Shown here in pieces: positions 38,480-44,243 of a DNA stretch of 44,243 nucleotides (its first letter is position 1; every line of letters starts with the position of its first letter). This DNA is from a virus: IMG/VR virus record IMGVR_UViG_3300023213_000527. One strand, 5' to 3'. Under the pieces are notes generated by a model. It saw only the letters and a list, made by a program, of their open reading frames with translations. It was not told the DNA's origin and did not search any database. Made by a program: the position numbers and the translations under genes.

Positions 38480-40444
38480 CTATATTATAATGTTATGAGT
38501 ATGTCCCAAAGTTTCAATAACTGTTAATTTACCAGTTCCAGCATTAAAGAAAACATTATGATTATGTCCTTGTGAAACCGATGTAAGTTGATTCCATTTG
38601 GACGGATTTGTTTCATTCTTCGTAACAACGTGCGTATGTGGTGGTATTCCAGTAGTAAATCCAATACCAGTATTGAATTTGGATGGGAACATCGCAGTGT
38701 TACGAAACACCGGTATCTGATAGATTGGATCGAATTTCCTAACTCGAAATGTTTTTAGATGTTGTCCGCCATCTAAACCAAGAATAGTATCATTTCTAGT
38801 AACGTCAGAAACTTCATATCGAAAACTTTCGTTGTCATTTTGATCAAAGATTACTAATACATCACGTGTTTTGATTGTCGGAACTGTCAAAGTCCAAAAA
38901 TCTACTGGAAATTCAGATTCTAACCCAGCTTCTCGCATTCGGAGATTTTCTGCTACTGGAGATGGGCGCACTAAAATTCTTCCATCAGAACGACGAGGAT
39001 TAAAATATTGATCCCACCCCACCACAAATTTAGTGCCTAGGCATAGACTACACCGATCATCAGGATATTCGCTCGACGGTAAATAACAGGAACACGTAAT
39101 GCCTGTCTGAACTCTCTTTATCAGAACAGCTGGTCGTCCCGTAACTGATAATAAAATATCTTGACGTTGAGTATTATGATCCTGCAAAGAAAATCCGCGA
39201 AGAATGTTGAAATTGCCAAATTTATCAATGCATCCCATCTCTCCACCAATATAGCTTCCAACACAAGTTCCATTCAACAACTGAACCGGATCGGTTCGAT
39301 GATAACCTGCAAAATCATACATTGGAAATTGAACATTAGCTGCATCCGCTCCTGTTAAGTCAGTTGATAAAATATCGGTATTAACCTGATGATACCCATC
39401 GACCAAGTTGAAAGCGTGATTGGGAAATTCAAATCGAGATTGACATGCAAAAATTCGATCAAAAGCTTCCTCTTCTTCATCGGCCCACAAAACCACTGCT
39501 GGATCCTGAATGAAGTATCCATCAAATCCTGCCACAGTGTGCGAACTGATTTTAGTGTTGTCGAAGCCTCGTCCATTTGTTCCTACAATCGCACCAGATA
39601 CCTGAACAATAAAACCATCACCTTGTCGAAAAGCTGGAGAGGTTTCTTGGATAGAAAAACTTAAGATTCCATTAGATACCACTTGATTGTTAGCTGTCCA
39701 GACAAATTGATTTCCAGAACTATCTACTTTACTTCCGGAAATGGAACCAATAGCAATGAATTCGGCAGTTCCAGCTACTGGATTGTTTTGAGAGTCACGT
39801 TGAACCCAAAAACAACGAATAGTCCATGTTTCCGCGGGTGCAGCAGTGGTAAATAGTGCCAAATTGTTGATCTGCCCACCTCCAACATTGGTATTAATAG
39901 GTGCCCAAAATTGCCCGTTGCTTTGTAGTACCAAAGAAGCATTGAGGGAAGAGGTTCCGCCAGCTACGATCAGGTTGTTATTAACAGTATCAACGGCGGT
40001 GTATTGAATTAATTCTACACCAACTTTGATGACACCAGTGGGAGGAAAGCCAGTAACATCCAATAACGGAATCGACATGTCGGTAGCTCCAATGTCGTGA
40101 CGGAGCAAACTTTGAGGGTAGAAGCGCAAGTTATCATGTGCTACAGGTAAAAGAAGTAGATTATAAAGAAATGGATCATATTCTAACGGACGAACCGAGA
40201 AGAAATATTCTTGTCCCGGTATTAGATTAATGATATTGACATTTAAGGAAGAGTCGATGGAAACAAATTTGCGTCCTTCGGTAAAGACATTTTCTTTAAC
40301 GGTAGCGTAATAAATATTGTAAGCAATCTGATTGGTCTTAACTTTGGGAAGGGCTTGCCACCAAGTTAAGTTAACGGTATGCCCCTCGCCCAAACTTTGA
40401 GTGTCTCTAAGTCCGACATTTACTGGATTAGGATAGAAAGCCAT
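38480..40444 (-). CDS. Neck / head-closure protein (putative) with FN3-like N-terminus and His-rich C-terminus
   Basis: YNIYY...LIPGQEYFFSVR (FN3-like); CSC...CSLCLGT Zn site; HTH/HNH/HTH tripeptides at the C-terminus. Confidence 0.55.
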   Translation of the reverse strand: MAFYPNPVNVGLRDTQSLGEGHTVNLTWWQALPKVKTNQIAYNIYYATVKENVFTEGRKFVSIDSSLNVNIINLIPGQEYFFSVRPLEYDPFLYNLLLLPVAHDNLRFYPQSLLRHDIGATDMSIPLLDVTGFPPTGVIKVGVELIQYTAVDTVNNNLIVAGGTSSLNASLVLQSNGQFWAPINTNVGGGQINNLALFTTAAPAETWTIRCFWVQRDSQNNPVAGTAEFIAIGSISGSKVDSSGNQFVWTANNQVVSNGILSFSIQETSPAFRQGDGFIVQVSGAIVGTNGRGFDNTKISSHTVAGFDGYFIQDPAVVLWADEEEEAFDRIFACQSRFEFPNHAFNLVDGYHQVNTDILSTDLTGADAANVQFPMYDFAGYHRTDPVQLLNGTCVGSYIGGEMGCIDKFGNFNILRGFSLQDHNTQRQDILLSVTGRPAVLIKRVQTGITCSCYLPSSEYPDDRCSLCLGTKFVVGWDQYFNPRRSDGRILVRPSPVAENLRMREAGLESEFPVDFWTLTVPTIKTRDVLVIFDQNDNESFRYEVSDVTRNDTILGLDGGQHLKTFRVRKFDPIYQIPVFRNTAMFPSKFNTGIGFTTGIPPHTHVVTKNETNPSKWNQLTSVSQGHNHNVFFNAGTGKLTVIETLGHTHNIII

Positions 40445-40458
40445 ATTAAAATGCGAAT

Positions 40459-40989
40459 TTATTGAGACTTAACGTCTTCCATCAGCGTTTTTTTTAACTC
40501 TTTTTTTTCCTTACCTTCTTTGTCGTGATGTTCCAATAGATTATCCACATAAGTTTCCGCTTCGTCTTCGCCAAAATTATTACCAATATATTCTATTTGT
40601 TTTTGGAAAGCTTTTTGCTCATACTTGTTGTGAAGGTAATCGCCATCATTTGCGCTCTGAGTAGCTTTGGTGCTACAACATTGATCGAGCCAGTGCTGCG
40701 CCTCATGAGTTCCGTAACTAAAGTCTTTAAAGAAATCTCCATCTGTTAATAATCGATAACTAAACGTAATGACGCCGTGATCAGTGCGCGCAGAAACATC
40801 GATGTTCCCAAACTTCATCGGGATATAATCAATCTCTTCCATACCCACACCATATTCCTTGAACATCTTTTGGACAGTCTCGTCTTTTTTAAGAAACTCT
40901 CGCATCTTTTTGAGCATCCGATTGAGAGATTTGTAGGGCATTTTTTTGACAACGCTCAACGGAATTTTCTCATCTTTCTTAGAGGGCAT
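40459..40989 (-). CDS. Small HExxH (zincin-like) protein
   Basis: THEAQHW plus downstream YEQKAF glutamate. Confidence 0.5.
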   Translation of the reverse strand: MPSKKDEKIPLSVVKKMPYKSLNRMLKKMREFLKKDETVQKMFKEYGVGMEEIDYIPMKFGNIDVSARTDHGVITFSYRLLTDGDFFKDFSYGTHEAQHWLDQCCSTKATQSANDGDYLHNKYEQKAFQKQIEYIGNNFGEDEAETYVDNLLEHHDKEGKEKKELKKTLMEDVKSQ

Positions 40990-41055
40990 GAAAATATGTC
41001 AAAATAGCGGCAGTCGCATAATTCAGCATCTTTAAGAACGTTATAGAGATAAGAG

Positions 41056-42549
41056 ATGGCACTTTTAGGAATTCCCATACCCATAACAGCTGCTCGACTT
41101 CTTTCCGATATTGATATTCACGGAAAGAAAGTTGGAACCCACGAAATGCACATCACCATTCTGCTTTTTGAGGACGATTTTCCCATTTCAGAAATTGCCA
41201 AATCTTTAGAAACCACTTATGATGTAGTTTCTAAAATTGATCCTTTTACCATCAAAATCAAGAAAATATCTTGCTTCCCGCCAAAAGAAGGCAAACCACA
41301 TCCTATTATTGCTCTAGTGGAATCGGAGGAATTGCACGATCTATGCAAAAAACTACGTCGCAAATTTAATAAGGATGGAATTGACTTTGATAAAACCTTT
41401 AAGAAATACAATCCGCACATCACCCTATCCTATGCGGATAAGGAAATTAAAGAATTCAAAATTGATCCGGTGGAGATAGTGGTGCAGGAATTAGTATTGT
41501 TAGGCGGCAATCATGGTGATACTAGATTGTTTATTACTTTTCCGTTAAAGAGTCCAGAGAAGCATGGAGCATTGCTAAGAAAATGCAAAATATTAGAGAA
41601 ATGGGGCGAAGATCTAACTCCTCAAGAATATGAGAAAATGATGCTTCATCAGATGAAAAAGGGCGATCCAGAAAGTATTTTTGCTTTCATCACAGAGAAT
41701 AAAGACATTTTGAAAAGAAAAAAGAAAACTGATCTAATTTATCTCGCTAAAGCCGCTCATGACAGATTTAGGCGAACTGCTCCACGTGCCTTTTATAAGT
41801 GGGCGAAACGTTTATCTCAAATAGATCCAGAATTTTTTCAACCCGTCAATGATGCAATGGTTTCTGAGATCATAGACGCAAGAAATAAGGCACAACAAGA
41901 TCCTGACATGTGGTATTGGTTCATTAACGACGATTTGGTGCCATTAGAGGATTTTTTATCCGATGACCAAATACGAGAAAGTCTCAAGATCTTTTGGGAT
42001 TCGGTTAATTTTGAAGATCCTAACAAAACACAAAAATGGGCTTCTGCCTTAACTGGATTTCTTGCAAGCCGACGACTAAAACAAAATTTGGTGCTTCGAT
42101 TGTTGCAATGGATAGATCCAAAAACGTTCGCTGAGCACTATCATACACAATCATATCAACGTGTCCAAGAAAGATCTTTCTTCAAACAAGATAAATATAC
42201 TACCGATGACATCATTTATTTTTTAGAAATACCTATGGTTACCCATGTTCAATACCGCGAATTAAGGCATATCATTGATCATGCAACGCCTGCCGCCAAA
42301 AACATTTTACAGAGAGTACTTTGGCGGAGTCTATGGGGCTTTCCCAAATATTTTGTCTTAGACGAAAGCATGAAACCACTAGGATTGGAATACGACAAGA
42401 ACAGTAAATCGTATGTTCAAATCGGAGTAGAAATTCCTTTGTATGAAGGGATAGGTAGAGCTGAAAATATCGATGATCAAAAGTGGCGCGATTTATTCGC
42501 AGATTATCAAATTGTAGCATATCCGGGAACGTTCGCAAGTTTAAGTTAA
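41056..42549 (+). CDS. 2H phosphoesterase (LigT/Acb1-like) fused to an unknown helical domain
   Basis: Two HxT motifs (MHITI, PHITL) ~85 aa apart in the first 165 aa. Confidence 0.8.
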   Translation: MALLGIPIPITAARLLSDIDIHGKKVGTHEMHITILLFEDDFPISEIAKSLETTYDVVSKIDPFTIKIKKISCFPPKEGKPHPIIALVESEELHDLCKKLRRKFNKDGIDFDKTFKKYNPHITLSYADKEIKEFKIDPVEIVVQELVLLGGNHGDTRLFITFPLKSPEKHGALLRKCKILEKWGEDLTPQEYEKMMLHQMKKGDPESIFAFITENKDILKRKKKTDLIYLAKAAHDRFRRTAPRAFYKWAKRLSQIDPEFFQPVNDAMVSEIIDARNKAQQDPDMWYWFINDDLVPLEDFLSDDQIRESLKIFWDSVNFEDPNKTQKWASALTGFLASRRLKQNLVLRLLQWIDPKTFAEHYHTQSYQRVQERSFFKQDKYTTDDIIYFLEIPMVTHVQYRELRHIIDHATPAAKNILQRVLWRSLWGFPKYFVLDESMKPLGLEYDKNSKSYVQIGVEIPLYEGIGRAENIDDQKWRDLFADYQIVAYPGTFASLS

Positions 42550-42551
42550 TA

Positions 42552-43838
42552 TCAGATTTTTGGTTTTTGAATTATTCCATGCCTGCGCAAATGCCCTCTA
42601 ACCACGTCTCTTGCGATTCCTAATTCTCGAGCCACTCCTCGAATAGAGCCAATCCGAGTATATGCTTTTTCTAAAATCTCTTTAGTCAAAATTTCTGAAT
42701 AATCTTTGTAGATAGCATGATCGATTCCAATTTTCTGAAGTGCATATCGCACAATTCCCTTTGCTACTCTATATTTCTTTGCTATTGTTAAAATGGACTT
42801 ATACTTTTGAAAATCTTGACGAAGCTGTTCTTCTGAAATCATTGATAGAAGTTTATTAATGGGTCTAGCTGCCCTGTAAATCCTGCTTGCTTCTTCTTGT
42901 AATCCGAATTCTATAGTTCTTCTAATCAGCATAGTTTGAGATATTCCAAGCGCAGCGGCTGCTTTCTTGATGCTTCTACAAGTAACAATCGCGCGTAGAA
43001 TCTCTTTTCTATCAAGGGAAATTTTTCTTGGTTTCAAATCTAAAATTTGTTGAGCTATCTTATATTTACGGTCTAGAATGACAGTAGCAGCATCATATAA
43101 GTAATTAATAAGTTTTTGTTTGTCGCTTAACTTCCAAAAATCCATTGTATATAAGTCATCTTTGCGATGTTTAATGATTCCTGAATCCAACCTAAGCTTT
43201 GTTTTCAAAAAATTGAAGGTTGTTTCAACACAATCTTTGGTGCCACTTAATCCAATCTTCTCCAGATAAATCCACCCATCTCCATCAATTAACCCTCGAA
43301 TAAAGTGTCTAACAAATTCATGATCTAATAGGTGTTTGGGAAACAAATACGTTTTGCTTTTAGCAGGAACAACGCCAAAAATTTCTTTTAGATCCTTAAC
43401 CATTTGTGCTGAACTAAATCTAATCGATGAAGAATAATAAATACCTCGCTTGAATTGAGGACGAGTTTCTTTCTTTTCGAGATCAATAATAGGCATGGTA
43501 CTTTTGATATTCTTTTTAAACTTTTCGATATGAGAACGATCTTCTCGTCCTAATTCTAGTTTTATTCGATTAGAACTTTTGACGATTCCAAGGCGAGTTT
43601 TTCGTTTCTCGATGTTACCATCTGCGGCTAAGAATCCTGCCCAGTAAAATGTTAATTCGTTGTTTCTCGAAAAGAAGTCATGATCGCAATCATATTTCTG
43701 TCGCTTTTGATAGGGAATGTCGAGAGCGATAAATTTTTGACGAAGCGTTTCCAGATGGATCCCTAAAATACTGGCAACGTTTTCAAGTGTTTTATGAGCT
43801 TTATAGAGAGAGATTAGCTTTCTCTTGGAAAATCGCAT
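42552..43838 (-). CDS. Free-standing double-motif LAGLIDADG endonuclease with HTH repeats
   Basis: YWAGFLAADG and FIRGLIDGDG; HTH units at both ends; ATG 43838 preferred over track start 43868. Confidence 0.9.
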   Translation of the reverse strand: MRFSKRKLISLYKAHKTLENVASILGIHLETLRQKFIALDIPYQKRQKYDCDHDFFSRNNELTFYWAGFLAADGNIEKRKTRLGIVKSSNRIKLELGREDRSHIEKFKKNIKSTMPIIDLEKKETRPQFKRGIYYSSSIRFSSAQMVKDLKEIFGVVPAKSKTYLFPKHLLDHEFVRHFIRGLIDGDGWIYLEKIGLSGTKDCVETTFNFLKTKLRLDSGIIKHRKDDLYTMDFWKLSDKQKLINYLYDAATVILDRKYKIAQQILDLKPRKISLDRKEILRAIVTCRSIKKAAAALGISQTMLIRRTIEFGLQEEASRIYRAARPINKLLSMISEEQLRQDFQKYKSILTIAKKYRVAKGIVRYALQKIGIDHAIYKDYSEILTKEILEKAYTRIGSIRGVARELGIARDVVRGHLRRHGIIQKPKI

Positions 43839-44013
43839 ATATGGTATATATCGGTATTTAATAAACAATTCCTTCGTCCAAATCCGAAAGGAATAGGCTT
43901 ATTCAATATGACGAGCGCCGGCCTTAACCCCGCAGTAAGACGTTTAAGGCACCTTAGGCAGAGACAGATAATTTGAGATATCTATCGATTAAAATGGATC
44001 ATTTTGCTTAACA

Positions 44014-44243
44014 TTATTCACGCCGCCGCCCATCCAATACATTCTGTTTTGCTGAATATGGTCGCAAATTTTTAAGATCCCAACATTTCTTAAAATCTTC
44101 ATCTTCCATTGATGTATAACAAAACGATGAGTGCGGAATAATATGATCAATTTGCCATACCCAAGTATTTGGATCATTATCGTTCCAAGTTTTAGCATTG
44201 TATCTTCCATAATTATTCCAATTCATCCAAGACTCAAATTGTC
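44014..44243 (-). CDS. HNH/EndoVII-like endonuclease (5' part outside the window)
   Basis: QFESWMNWNNYG...WQIDHIIP...NLRPYSAKQN. Confidence 0.85.
   Translation of the reverse strand, partial: QFESWMNWNNYGRYNAKTWNDNDPNTWVWQIDHIIPHSSFCYTSMEDEDFKKCWDLKNLRPYSAKQNVLDGRRRE

Noticed and set aside
42552-43868. Group I intron or intein around the LAGLIDADG gene
   Set aside because: No intron core or splice-junction residues recognised, and the flanking genes are not visibly split
1-44243. CRISPR array, tRNA/rRNA, diversity-generating retroelement, stop-codon recoding
   Set aside because: No regular repeat-spacer units, cloverleafs or reverse transcriptase seen; long ORFs are intact in the standard code and end in TAA, TAG and TGA

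Overview
A 44 kb segment of a large tailed (myovirus-like, probably jumbo) phage genome, AT-rich and read with the standard genetic code. Nearly all genes are on the minus strand and form a neck-to-baseplate morphogenesis module. Right to left: HExxH protein, neck/head-closure protein, fibre/Ig-like proteins, holin-like protein, 2007-aa beta-helix protein, tail terminator, sheath, tube, tail-assembly chaperone with a -1 frameshift, tape measure, tube initiator, hub, spike, membrane protein and gp25-like sheath initiator. About a quarter of the window is selfish DNA: eight paralogous HNH/EndoVII-like genes, one each of GIY-YIG, LAGLIDADG and Vsr-like endonucleases, an IS1341-type tnpB element inserted precisely inside one HNH gene, and two protein-less IS605-derived mini-elements that keep a promoter and an omegaRNA-like right end. 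The most unusual signal is an Asp-Gly-Tyr (DGY) tripeptide found 21 times in seven unrelated virion proteins, a candidate sequon for a virion modification system. All product calls come from motif reading and gene order, not database searches.
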